The notes under the pieces: generated by a model
Told to the model about the DNA's origin: nothing
Databases searched by the model: none
What the model saw: only the letters and a program-made list of their open reading frames with translations
From: Cetorhinus maximus
Taxonomy: Eukaryota
Length of the DNA stretch: 64,000 nucleotides
Assembly (NCBI RefSeq): GCF_964194155.1
Contig: NC_135890.1
Span: 39,990,001 to 40,054,000 of the forward strand
Direction: 5' to 3'
Translations under genes and position numbers: made by a program
Shown here: piece by piece, positions 1-10,654 of the stretch
Position numbering within the stretch: the stretch's first letter is position 1
Layout of the letters: each line of letters begins with the position of its first letter

Positions 1-363
1 GGTGCCGCCAAACTAAAGAAGTTTGAAATTTTAACAAAGAACATTTTAATGAGGAGTGTGTAAAAGCAAAGGAACTATGTTCTGTGGAGTTTGAAAGAAG
101 ACTAATCTTTCTGGCAAGTTCACCACATAAGAAACAGAAATTTGTGAAGATACTGCTACAACTGTTTATAGTGCTACTGTTTCTTGTTTCATGCTGTGAA
201 TAAAAATGTTAAATGAAGGTCAAATTGTAAAAGATTTTACCTAATTTGCTATATTAATCCTAGCTGTACAAGAGCTGTCCCAGCTCAATATCACCCAAGT
301 ACATATTTGCAAAATAATCATAATCCTGATGTTTTATTGCATTTCCATGACTAAAGTATTCAC

Positions 364-486
364 CTTATCTTAATGGAGACTGAAAAGTTAGGGCATTCCA
401 CTTGATTCTTGACCTGACGCACCATGTCCTGAACCAGTTCTGGTTTATTTATTAGGCAAGCACCATATCCTTCTGCCATTGCCCAC
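364..486 (-). CDS. DUS4L: DUS4L internal coding exon (4th coding exon seen; gene continues beyond the left edge)
   Basis: Encodes (R)WAMAEGYGACLINKPELVQDMVRQVKNQVECPNFSVSIKI(R), nearly identical to recalled vertebrate DUS4L. CAG acceptor at 489-487, GTGA donor at 363. Confidence 0.95.
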
Positions 487-846
487 CTGCGCGAAAATTT
501 AAATATACGTAATGCATACTGCAATGTTAGTGATTTGCAAAATAACTGTTGGTAGATGTGGCTCACAAATTGTGTTTTTTTTTAACTACTGTACATAAAC
601 AAGCATTGAAGGAAAGCAGTAAATTTTACACATTTGTACCACTTAGAATTAAACTTACATTTAAATACAATAGGAAGCAAACCGCAAAGAAATTGTAACG
701 TGGTAAAAGACAACATAGAACTAAAAGCAGCAGCATACAAAAGTGCAAAAAAGGCACAGATTCTGGTGAGCAAGTGAGATACAAAAAACAGCAAAGGGTG
801 ATAAAACAAATAGAATGAACTACAAAACAAGAGTATGAGAAGAAAC

Positions 847-1385
847 TTATAAAGCTTCAAAATCAACAGAAACATTTTTTACAATTCTATTGGGAAAAAG
901 AGGGTGGCCAGGAGCAACCTGGGCCCCTTGAAAACTGATAATGGTGATATTGTCAACGAAAATTAAGAAATGGCGGACATGCTGAATAATTACATTATGT
1001 CAGTATTTATGGTAGAGGAACAGGGTAACATCCTAAGGAAACTAGTATGAAATGAGGAACATGCCATGCTAAAAATAATGACATTAAAGAGCAACAAACT
1101 CCCAGGATTAGATGGTTTATAAAGCTTCAAAATCAACAGAAACATTTTTTACAATTCTATTGGGAAAAAGAGGGTGGCCAGGAGCAACCTGGGCCCCTTG
1201 AAAACTGATAATGGTGATATTGTCAATGAAAATTAAGAAATGGCGGACATGCTGAATAATTACCTTATGTCAGTATTTATGGTAGAGGAACAGGGTAACA
1301 TCCTAAGGAAACTAGTATGAAATGAGGAACATGCCATGCTAAAAAAATGACATTAAATAGCAACAAACTCCCAGGATTAGATGGT
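847..1385 (+). repeat. Direct tandem duplication of about 270 bp (847-1116 and 1117-1385)
   Basis: Two adjacent copies differing at only about 4-5 positions. Confidence 0.95.
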
Positions 1386-1804
1386 TGCTAACCCTGAGTT
1401 TTAAAGGAAGTAAGTCAGAACAGTGAAGGTGCTCTAACTATAATCTTCCAAAGTTCTCAATTCAGGAATCATTCCTTTAGATTGGAAAATTGTGCATGTC
1501 ACTTTGCTATTTGAGAGAGAGAGAAACCAGAGAATTGTTGTCAAAAAATGACTAGAATGTATAATTAAGGATAAAGTGACTGAACATCTTGAAAATTTTC
1601 AACAGATCAAGGGAGGGCCAGAATGGATTTGTCAAGTGTAGGTCATGCCTGATTGAAATTTATGAAGAGGTGATTAAAATACTGGCTGGGGGAATGTCCA
1701 TGGATGTTATTTATACGGACTTCCATTAAGTATTTGATAAAGTATAAGAAACTTTTAGCTAAAGTTGAGCTTATGGAATTGAAGTAAAATTATTGATCGG
1801 GTGT

Positions 1805-2278
1805 CTTAATTTGCACCAAGTCCTGTTCACCTATCATCCCCGTGCTTGCTGACCTACAATGGCTCCTGATCAAGCAACATCTTAGTTTTAAAATTCTCAT
1901 CCTTGTTTTCATGTAGCTCCATGGCCTCCTCCTTCCCTATCTCTGTAATCTCCAGTAGCCCCACAATCCTTGATATCCGTGCTTCTCTAATTCTGGTATC
2001 CCTATTTGAATTGGTCCACCATTGGTAGCCACACCTTCAACTGCCTAGGCCCTAAGCTTTGGAATGTCCTCCCTACACCTTTCTATCTCTCTCTACCTTG
2101 CTTTTCTCCTTTAAGATACTTCTTATGACCTACCTCTGAGCAAGCTATCATAGTCATCTGACCTAATATCTCCTTATGTGGCCCGATGCTGTATTTTGAT
2201 TTATAACTGGCTCTTCACAGGACTTGGGAGGTTTCAGTACATTAAAGGTGCTACATAAATATACATTGTTGTTGTTGT
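1805..2278 (+). mobile_element. L2-clade LINE 3' fragment inserted in the CR1
   Basis: CACCTATCATCCCCGTGCTTGCTGACCTACAATGGCTCC (ITPVLADLHWLP-like) ending in TTAAAGGTGCTACATAAAT...(TTG)n. The same tail recurs at about 11640-11880 and 38060-38430. Confidence 0.75.
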
Positions 2279-3246
2279 TTGGTAAGGTAAATAGCTGAGT
2301 GGCAAGAAACAGAGCAGAGATAATGGGCACATACACTAATTGACAGACTGTGCCTCGTGGTGTCCCTCAAAGAACAGTGTTTGGGTCTCAACTATTCACT
2401 GTATTTATTAACTACTTAGATGATGGGATAGGAAGCCACATATCCAAGTTTGCCTATGGCACAAAGATAGGGGCATTGCAAGCAATGTCGATGGAAGCAT
2501 AATATTACAAAAAGACAGTGAATGGGCAAAACTGTAGCAAATGTATTTCAATGTTGGCGAATATGAGATCATCCATTTTGGATCTAAAAGAATGGAACAG
2601 GGTACTTTCTAAATGGTGAAAAGCTAGAAACTGGAAGGTCAAAAAGACTGATGTTGAGATGAAAATGTCATGAGCAGATACAGAAAATAATGAAAAAGGC
2701 TAATGAAATGCTGGCCTTAATATCTAGAGATGGGCAATATAATGGGGATAGAAGTCATGCCTCAGCTATGCAAAGCTCTGGTTAGACCACATCTGGAGTA
2801 CTGTGAGAAATTTTGACTTTACACCTTAGGAAGGATACACTGACTTTGGAGAGAGTGCAGTATCTGGACTCCAAGGGTGAAAATACAAAGAGAGATTAAA
2901 CAAGCTAGTATGTATTTCCTGGAATTTAGAGGTTAAGGGGTGATTTGCTCAAATTTTCAAGATATTATGGGGAACAAATAGGGTGGGTAGAGAGAAATGA
3001 TTTCTGCTGGTTGGGAAATCTAGGACTGGGGTTATTGTCTAAAAATTAGAGCTAGACCTTTCATGAGTGAAATTAGGAAACACTGCTCACAAAGGGAAGT
3101 ATAAGTTTTGAACTCTCTTCCACAAATTGCAATTGATGCTAGATTAATTGTTAATTTTAAATCTGATTGAAGGCACTTTGTTAACTAAAGATGTTAAGGT
3201 ATATCAGGTCACAGATCAGCCATGATTTCACTGAATGGTGGAACAT

Positions 3247-3672
3247 TGTGTCAGCTGTGGCTCAGTTGGTAGCATTCTTACAAGGTTCCGGGTTAAAGTC
3301 CCACTCCAGGGCTTGAGCACAAAAATCAAGGCTGACAGTCCAGTGCAGTATTGAGGGAGCATTGCATTGTCGCAGGGGCTGTCTTTTGGATGAGACATAC
3401 CAAGGCCCCATCTGCCTGCTCAGGTGGATGTAAAAGATCCCATGGCACTATTTTGAATAACAGCAGGGGAATTATCTCCAGGGTCCATGCCAATATCCTT
3501 CAATAAACACCACAAAAAACAGATTATTTGGTTATTTTCACATTGCCGTTTGTGGGAGTTTGCTAAGTGCATATTGGTTGCTGCGTATCCTTCATTACAA
3601 CAGCACTTCATTGGTTGTAAAGTGTTTTAAGACATCTGGTGGTCATGAAAAGTGCTATATAAATCCAAGTTT
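3247..3672 (+). mobile_element. tRNA-derived SINE with Deu-domain-like core (SacSINE1/AmnSINE-type)
   Basis: A-box TGGCTCAGTTGG, B-box-like GGTTAAAGTCC, core GTCTTTTGGATGAGAC...AAAAGATCCCATGGCAC, tail GCTATATAAAT. Related copies at about 29940-30330(-), 30545-30965(+), 32085-32345(+) and 61420-61830(+). Confidence 0.7.
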
Positions 3673-3785
3673 TTTTTGTAAAATAGGCCTGAGGGGCTAA
3701 ATAGTCTACACCTGTTCTCATGTGCTTATAAACAATATAACTTTCAATATTTACAGAAGCAGAATGATTATTAAGTTTATCTTAC

Positions 3786-3903
3786 CTTTGTGGACAACCA
3801 CAGTTCAAGTCAACACCATCTGCAAATGGAGAAACTATACAAGCAGCATCAGCTAAATCCTGTGCATGATTAGCGGCAAACTGCACAACCAGTGGACGAT
3901 CAA
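3786..3903 (-). CDS. DUS4L: DUS4L coding exon with catalytic NCGCP motif
   Basis: Encodes (V)DRPLVVQFAANHAQDLADAACIVSPFADGVDLNCGCPQ(R), including the dihydrouridine synthase NxGCP motif. CAG acceptor, AG|GTAAG donor, phases fit flanking exons. Confidence 0.95.
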
Positions 3904-4769
3904 CTGTCGAATAAAGTGCATGATATGTCAGCATAGAGCTTCCCTTTAAACCATTTCTGTCATGATTAATTAGTTTCTATCTCCTTTGGTTTGGCACCTT
4001 ATACCTAACAATATTCTTGGTACAGAAGGTTGCTAATTTGTGCTCCAAACCTAACAAACACTGAGGATTCTGTCTGGTCATTATTTGGAGATGCAACAGA
4101 TACAATTCTATTCTACCACACCAGATCATCAATACGTTCTAGAGGGATTCCTCTAATGGAACAAATCTCTATGTTAGAAGGTTATGGGTTTGAATCTCAC
4201 TCTGGATAACACAGGTGAGCAGAGATAAGAATCTCTGAATATGGGGCTCACGTCCAATGGAAGTGGATTGGCAAATCCCCATCACATCTAGCCCTTTTTC
4301 TTGGTAAGAGTTGTGAGTTGGGCTAATGACCAGTCCAAATAAATAGGGACTTTATCACAGAAACAACCCAGAGAAGGATCTGCTGGATGTAAAGCCGTGG
4401 AAGAAATGCGTTGCCTCATGTGGCATAGCGTGGATGAAGAATTCTTCTATAATATATTTTCACATTTAAGTTCCAGCTCTGTAAGCTACACCCCAAGTGT
4501 AAATGACCTCAGCTGCAGTGAACCACTGGCATAGTAAACCTATTTAAATTTAAGCCTATACACCTTTTGGATGAAGCAGCTCTTATCATGCAATTAAAAT
4601 ACGAGGAGCCAGTCTTACAGATTTACACTCCTCTGCAACCACACCAGCAGATTCCAGCTGCCCTACTGAGAAAGAATAAAAAACTGCTTTTATTTCACTC
4701 CTTTTGGATCCTTAGGCCATCTCAAAGTGCATTCCAACTAGTGGGATACTTCCAAAAATAGTCACTTGT

Positions 4770-7700
4770 AATCATGGAGTCATCGCGTTATACAAGAGAA
4801 ACAGGCCCTTCGGCCCATTGTGTCTGTGATGGCCATCAAGCACCTATCTATTCTAATCCCATTTTCCAGCACTTCGCCCATAGCCCTGTGTGCTTTAGTG
4901 TTTCAAGTGCTCATCTAAATATTTATTAAATGTTGTGAGGGTTCCTGCCTCTACCACCCCCTCAGGCAGTCTGTTCCAGATTCCAACCACCCTCTGGGTG
5001 AAAAAAACATTCCTAAAATCCTCTCTAAACCCCCTGCCTCTTACCTTAAATCAATGCCCCCTGGTTATTGACAACTCCGCTAAGGGGAAATGTTTCTTCC
5101 TATCTACCCTAAGTCCCTCATAATTTTGCATGCCTCTATCAGGTCCCCCCTCAGCCTTCTCTGCTCCAAGGAAAACAACCCCAGCATAATCCAGTCTCCC
5201 TTCATAGCTGATACGCTCCAGTCCAGGCAACATTCTGGTGAATCTCCTCTGCATCCTCTCCAATGTAATCACATCCTTCCTTTAGAACTGCACACAGTAC
5301 TCCAGCTGTAGCCTAATTAGCGTTTTATACAGCTCCAACATAACCTCCCTGCTCTTATATTCTATGCCTCGGCTAATAAAGGCAAGTATCCCATATGCCA
5401 TATGCCATATACTGTGTTGTTGTTTTCAGGGATCTATGGACATGTACACCAAGGTCCCTCTGATCCTCTGTACTTCCTCGGGTCCTACCATTCATTGTGT
5501 ATTCCCTTGCCATGTTAATCCTCCCAAAATGCATCATCTCACACTTCTCAGGATTAAATTCCATTTGCCACTGCTCTGCCCATCTTATCAGCCCATCTAT
5601 ATCGTCCTGTAATCTGAGGCTTTCCTCCTCACTATTTACGACACCACCAATTTTCATGTCATCTGCGAGCTTACTGATCATATCTCCTATGTTCACATCT
5701 AAATCATTAATGTACACTACAAACAGCGAGGGTCCCAGCACCGTTCCCTGCAGTACACCACTCATCACAGGCTTCCAATCGCAAAAACAATTTTCGACCA
5801 TCACCCTCTGTCTCCTGCCACTAAGTCAATTTTGGATCCAATTTGCCAAATTATCTTGGATCCCATGGGCTCTTACCTTCTTGTCCATTCTCCCATTCGG
5901 GACCTTGTCAAGAGTCTTACTGAAGTCCATGTAGACTACATCAACTGCACTACCCTCACAACTAGCCACTTCCTCGAAAAATTCAATCAAATTTGTTTGG
6001 TATGATCTCCCCCTGACAAAACCATGCTGACTACCCTTGATTAATCCCTACCTCTCCAAGTGGAGATTAATCCTGTCCCTCAGAACTTTTTCCAATGGTT
6101 TCCCTACCACTGATGTTAGACTCACTGACCTGTATTTACCTGGTTTATCCCTACTACCCTTCTTGAATAATGGTACCACATTCACTGTCCTCCAGTCCTC
6201 TGGCACCTCTCTTGTGACAGAGAGGATTTGAAAATTAGCGTCAGCAATCTCCTTCCTTGCCTCACATAGCAGCCTGGGATGCATCTCAGCTGGGCCTGAA
6301 TATTTATTCCACTTTTAAGCATGCTAAAACTGCTGATGCCTCCCCACTGTCAATGCTAATTTGTTCAAGTATACCACAGTCCCGGTCCCTGACTTCTACA
6401 ACTACATCGTCCTTCTCCATAGCGAACACAGATGAAAAGTAATTATTTAAAACCTCACCTACGTCCTCTGGCTCCATGCATATATTGCTAATTTGGTCCC
6501 TAATGGGCCCTACTCTTTCCCTGGTTATCCTTTTGCCCTTAATATATTCATAAAATACCTTGTGATTTTCCTTTATTTTGCCTGCTAGTGATTTTTCACC
6601 CCTCTTCGCTCTCCTAATTACTTTTTTTAAGTACTCCCCACTACACTTTCTATACTCCTCTAGGGTTTCTGCTGTTTTCAGCCCTCTGTATTTTCCATAA
6701 GTCTCCTTTTTTTCCTTATCCGATCCTTTATATCCCTTGACATCCCCTGGACTTGTTGGTCCTACCCTTCACCTTTACGGGAACATGTTGGCCTAGAACC
6801 CTCTATTTCCTTTTTGAATGACTCCCACTGGTCTGACGTAGACTTTCCTACAAGTAGCTGCTCCCAGTCCACTTTGGCCAGATCCTGTCTTGTCATATTG
6901 AAATCAGCCTTCCCCCAATTCAGGACCTTTATTTCCAGTCCATCTTTGTCCTTTTCCATAACTACCTTAAATCTTAGCAGAGTTATGGTCACCATTCCCG
7001 AAATGCTCCCCCACTGACCCAGCTTCATCCCTAAGATTAAGTCCAGTACCACCCCTTCTTTTGTAGGACTTTCTACGTGCTGGCTCAAAAAGCTCTCCTG
7101 GATGCACTTTAAGAATTCCGCCCCCTCTAAGCCTTTCATACTAAGACTATCCCAGTTAATATTGGGGAAGTTGATATCCCCTACTATTATTACCCTATTG
7201 TTTTTACACTTTTCTGGAGATTTGCCTACATATCTGCTCCTCTATCTCCCCCTGCCAGCAAAGTGAATGCCCCCTTTTTGTTTTTAAGTTCTACCTATAC
7301 GGCTTCATTTGAGGAACCTTCTAAGAAGCCATCCCTCCTTACTGCAGTAATTGACTCCTTGATCAATTGTGCAATGCCACCTCCTCTTTTACAACCCTCC
7401 TGTCACGCCTGAAGATTCTATACCCTGGAATATTGAGCTGCCAGTCCTGCCCTTCCCTCAACCATGTCTCTGTGATAGCAACAATATCATCCTCTCGTGT
7501 GTTACTCAACACCCTCAATTCATATGCATTACTTGTTAAGACTCCTTGAGTTAAAATAGATGCAATTCAGCCTTGCATTATTCCCTTGTGCCTTAACAGG
7601 TCTATATTTGCTCTGCCTTTCAGGCTTAGTTTCTCTTCTATATTTGGCTGTGCACCACCCCCTCCTGTACCTCCACACTTTATCCCACACCCCTGCCAAA

Positions 7701-8535
7701 TTAGTTTAAACTCCCCACCAACAGCATTAGCAAACCTCCCCGCAAGGATGTTGGTCCCGTTCCGGTTCAGGTGCAACCCGTCCGACTTGTACAGGCCCCA
7801 CCTTTGCCAGAAACAGACCCAGTGATCCAGGAAACGAAAGCCCTCCCTCCTGCGCCATCTCTTCAGCCACACATTCATCCTCTCTATCCTCCTATTCCTA
7901 TAATCACTAGCACGTGGCACAGGGAGTAATCCAGCGATTACAATCTTTGAGGTCCTGCTTTTTAATCTGCTACCTAGCTCCCTAAATTCTCGTTGCAGGA
8001 CCTCATCCCTCTTTCTACCTGTTTCGTTGGTACCAATGTGAACCACGACCTCTGACTGTTCACCCTACCTCTTCAGAATGCTGTCCAGCTGTTCTGTGAC
8101 ATCCTTGACCCTGGCACCAGGGAGGCAACACACCATCCTAGAGTCACTCTACGGCTGCAGAAGTGCCTGTCTGTACCCCTCACTATTGAGTCTCCTACCA
8201 CTATTGCTTTTGCACTCTTACTTCCCTCTCCCTTGTGCAGCTGAGCCACCCACAGTGCAGTGAACTTGGCTCGCTGCACTCTCCAGAGGAACCTTCACCC
8301 TCACCACTTTCCAACACAGAAAAACGGTTTTGAGTGAGATGCGCTCTGGGGCTTTCCTGACTACCTACCTGCCTCCCTTCTTCTGATTGGTGGTCACCCA
8401 TTCCCTCTCTGACTGCATTTCCTTAAGCTGCAGTGTGACCACATCTAAAATGTGCTATCCACGTAACCCTCAGCCTCAGGGATGCACCGCTGTCTCTGTA
8501 GCTCACACTCAAGCTTCGAAGCCCATTGCTCAAGC
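4770..8535 (-). mobile_element. Long CR1 LINE with ORF1 SGNH-esterase domain and fragmented ORF2 (endonuclease and RT)
   Basis: ORF track shows IVVGDSIVRG (GDS), VHIGTN and DGLHLN of the esterase, plus LDLILG, YRSVSLTSVVGK, SGVLQGTVLGP, KLADD and RRFTRMLPG of ORF2. Multiple frameshifts and deletions. Confidence 0.92.
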
Positions 8536-9194
8536 TGGCAATGAAGACAAACATGGCACCCAATTTCCACAACAAGATTGAACAAACAACAAATTAGATA
8601 AATGACAGTAAATCTGATTTATTGGCGTTGGATGAGGAAGAAATGCCAGCCAGAACACCAGGAGAACTCCCTTGCTCTTCTGCAAACAGCAGCAGAACAA
8701 AGGGCCTCAATTTAGCTTTCTCACCCAAAAGATGGGGCCTCCAACAAGTATCTTAATGAACCTAGATTATATGCAGAACACCAAAGTGGGGGTTGTATTT
8801 GCATTATAAATAAATGCCATTAAACATTGCAATTAGAGAGATAAAGGTTTGAGAAGGAAAAACAATGTTACCTCAATTACAAAACAAGTTTGAGAAGTTG
8901 AAGCCTGGGTAAACATCAGAGGCTGTAGTTCAAAACCTATTCTCATCCACAATGTACAAACAAAATTAGAGTGTAATGGTAATGAGGAAAATAACTTATG
9001 GCTTTTAAACCCTGTAAATATGTTCCACACTCCTTTAAAAAGTTTTTAATTTTAAGATTATTACTATATTGTATTCAGTATTGAAAATAAAACCACAGGA
9101 GGTATATTCAGCACTGGATTTGGGAGAGGAAAGATTAGCTTGTTAAAGCATTGGTTCACACACAAAATAAATGCAATTCAAAATTATACGTTAC

Positions 9195-9316
9195 CATAAT
9201 TTGTTGTGAATTCATTGTCTCTGGCCTTGCCGGATCTCAGGAAGGCAGAAGCAATGATCATTGGAGTAAAACACAGTTCACAATCATACTTTCTGACCAG
9301 TGATCGAAATGCCAAC
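9195..9316 (-). CDS. DUS4L: DUS4L second coding exon
   Basis: Encodes (K)LAFRSLVRKYDCELCFTPMIIASAFLRSGKARDNEFTTNY. TTTTTAG acceptor, G|GTAAC donor. Confidence 0.95.
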
Positions 9317-9410
9317 CTAAAAAATGTCAGAAATGCTCTTGAGTACTTTAAGCAAACAAAAATACATGCAACAAATGGTGAAGCACGGTTGTTGGGGCAG
9401 TAACACTCAC

Positions 9411-9520
9411 TTTGAATATCGCACCATAGGAGCACAAATCTTTACAACGTGACCCGGCTGAAACAAATCGACGAGGCATCTTTGTTGCCAGGATCCGGCG
9501 GACAAGCATTCACCGTTCAT
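9411..9520 (-). CDS. DUS4L: DUS4L first coding exon (tRNA-dihydrouridine(20a/20b) synthase-like)
   Basis: ATG at 9520 gives MNGECLSAGSWQQRCLVDLFQPGHVVKICAPMVRYS(K) with the DUS N-terminal APMV motif. AA|GTGAGT donor, 94 bp intron to the next exon. Confidence 0.88.
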
Positions 9521-9724
9521 GGAAATTTCTCGACCCGAGCAGCACACGATCTCCTCCGACTGGGTAAAATGACTTGGGGTAATGGGGGGAAAATAGGAAC
9601 CATGTGCTGCTATGAGGCCGTTCTCCACCGCTCAGTGAACCCATAAACCGGAGATAAAAACAAAAAACTGCGGAGAACCGAACAACTCGACTTTGACCTC
9701 TCAACCCTGACCCGTGGCTTTCAC

Positions 9725-10138
9725 CTAGTTCTCAGGAGCGAGCTGCAGCCTCATTCCCCGCATGGTGCCCCAGTCGCCAGTGATTGGCTGTCGGTGCCGC
9801 GAGTCCCCGATCCACCTATGATTGGCTGCATGCGGCGCGAGCCTTCGCTGTATCCCCTCAGCGATTGGCTGTCGGTGCCGTGATTGCCTCCCCCCCCCCC
9901 CCCCCCACCCCGAGCCCCAATGATTGGCTGTCGATGCCGCGAGACCCCCAGATCCACCTGTGATCGGCCCCCCCGCCCCCACTGTGCCCACCCTCCCACC
10001 CGACTCTTGTGTTTGGCTGTTTGTGCCACGAGGTTCTTCTGAACGGTTAACCCCTTTCGTGGCGGAATTCCCCTCAGTTTATCCTTGCGTGCGTCAAACA
10101 GACCAGCAGGCCGCGCGCGAGCGTTACTGAATGCCAAC
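9725..10138. promoter_or_regulatory. Bidirectional CpG-island promoter shared by DUS4L and COG5, with tandem CCAAT (NF-Y) boxes
   Basis: The only strongly CpG-rich stretch in the window, between two divergent start codons about 620 bp apart. ATTGG at 9783, 9821, 9864 and 9923, and a GC-box-like CCCCGCCCCC near 9971. Confidence 0.85.
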
Positions 10139-10196
10139 ATGGAAGGAAGCGGAGGTTCTCCGGTGCGAGACTCGGTGAAGGAACTGCTTCTGGATG
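10139..10196 (+). CDS. COG5: COG5 exon 1 (conserved oligomeric Golgi complex subunit 5)
   Basis: Strong Kozak GCCAACATGG. Encodes MEGSGGSPVRDSVKELLLD, resembling human MEGGGGS...TVRELLQD. G|GTAAG donor, phase 1. Confidence 0.9.
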
Positions 10197-10551
10197 GTAA
10201 GGGTGCTCACCTACAGTTATCAAGACAGGCTGTTGCGGGGGTGGGGAATATATTCCAACACGTCAACCTTTCAAAGAGTAAGCCTTCGGTTACTCGATTT
10301 TCGACTGCCTTTTCCCAGTGGGTTCAGTGTTTTTGATTGCACTTATTCTTGTGACCATACTTTGGTGCATACATTATGAATTATTAAAGAATAGGGGAGA
10401 GGAAGAGTGTAAATAAGTAGAATCGATTTTGCATAAATCGAGTAGAATTGGACCTTACTGGAGTTTGTTGTAGACGACCCCCTCATAATGAAAAGTTTTG
10501 CATCGAATCTACATTCACAATGTCACTATTAACAAGACATGTTAAAGCTAG

Positions 10552-10654
10552 AACAAAATAAAAACAGAATTACCTGGAAAAACTCAGCAAGTCTGGCAGC
10601 ATCGGCGGAGAAGAAATCAGTCAACGTTTCGAGCCCTCATGGCCCTTCAGCAGA
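10552..10654 (-). mobile_element. Young 103 bp Penelope-like terminal fragment with hammerhead-like motif
   Basis: Flanked by the 15 bp direct repeat ACATGTTAAAGCTAG (10537-10551, 10655-10669). Identical over the shared length to the arms at 31540-31735. Confidence 0.88.

Larger units (their letters stand above)
600..3240 (+). mobile_element. Decayed CR1-clade LINE (ORF2 and 3' end), interrupted by an L2 fragment and containing a tandem duplication
   Basis: Broken RT-type motifs (GGTGTCCCTCAA, TCCAAGTTTGCC, GGTTAGACCACATCTGGAGTACTG = LVRPHLEY) and the CR1 tail CAGATCAGCCATGAT. Boundaries approximate. Confidence 0.8.

Noticed and set aside
582-875. 97 aa hydrophobic ORF resembling a membrane protein
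   Set aside because: Antisense reading of A-rich CR1 sequence.
7567-8279. SGNH/GDSL esterase-like ORFs as a host lipase gene
   Set aside because: They sit directly upstream of CR1 ORF2 remnants and are the known CR1 ORF1 esterase domain, frameshifted.
9521-9628. N-terminal extension of DUS4L from the ORF track (MENGLIAAHG...)
   Set aside because: It starts at GTG rather than ATG, has no similarity to recalled DUS4L, and overlaps a probable 5' UTR intron.
9781-9970. Repeat-spacer-like pattern resembling a CRISPR array
   Set aside because: Eukaryotic promoter context, degenerate units with irregular spacing, no cas genes; explained by CCAAT module duplication.
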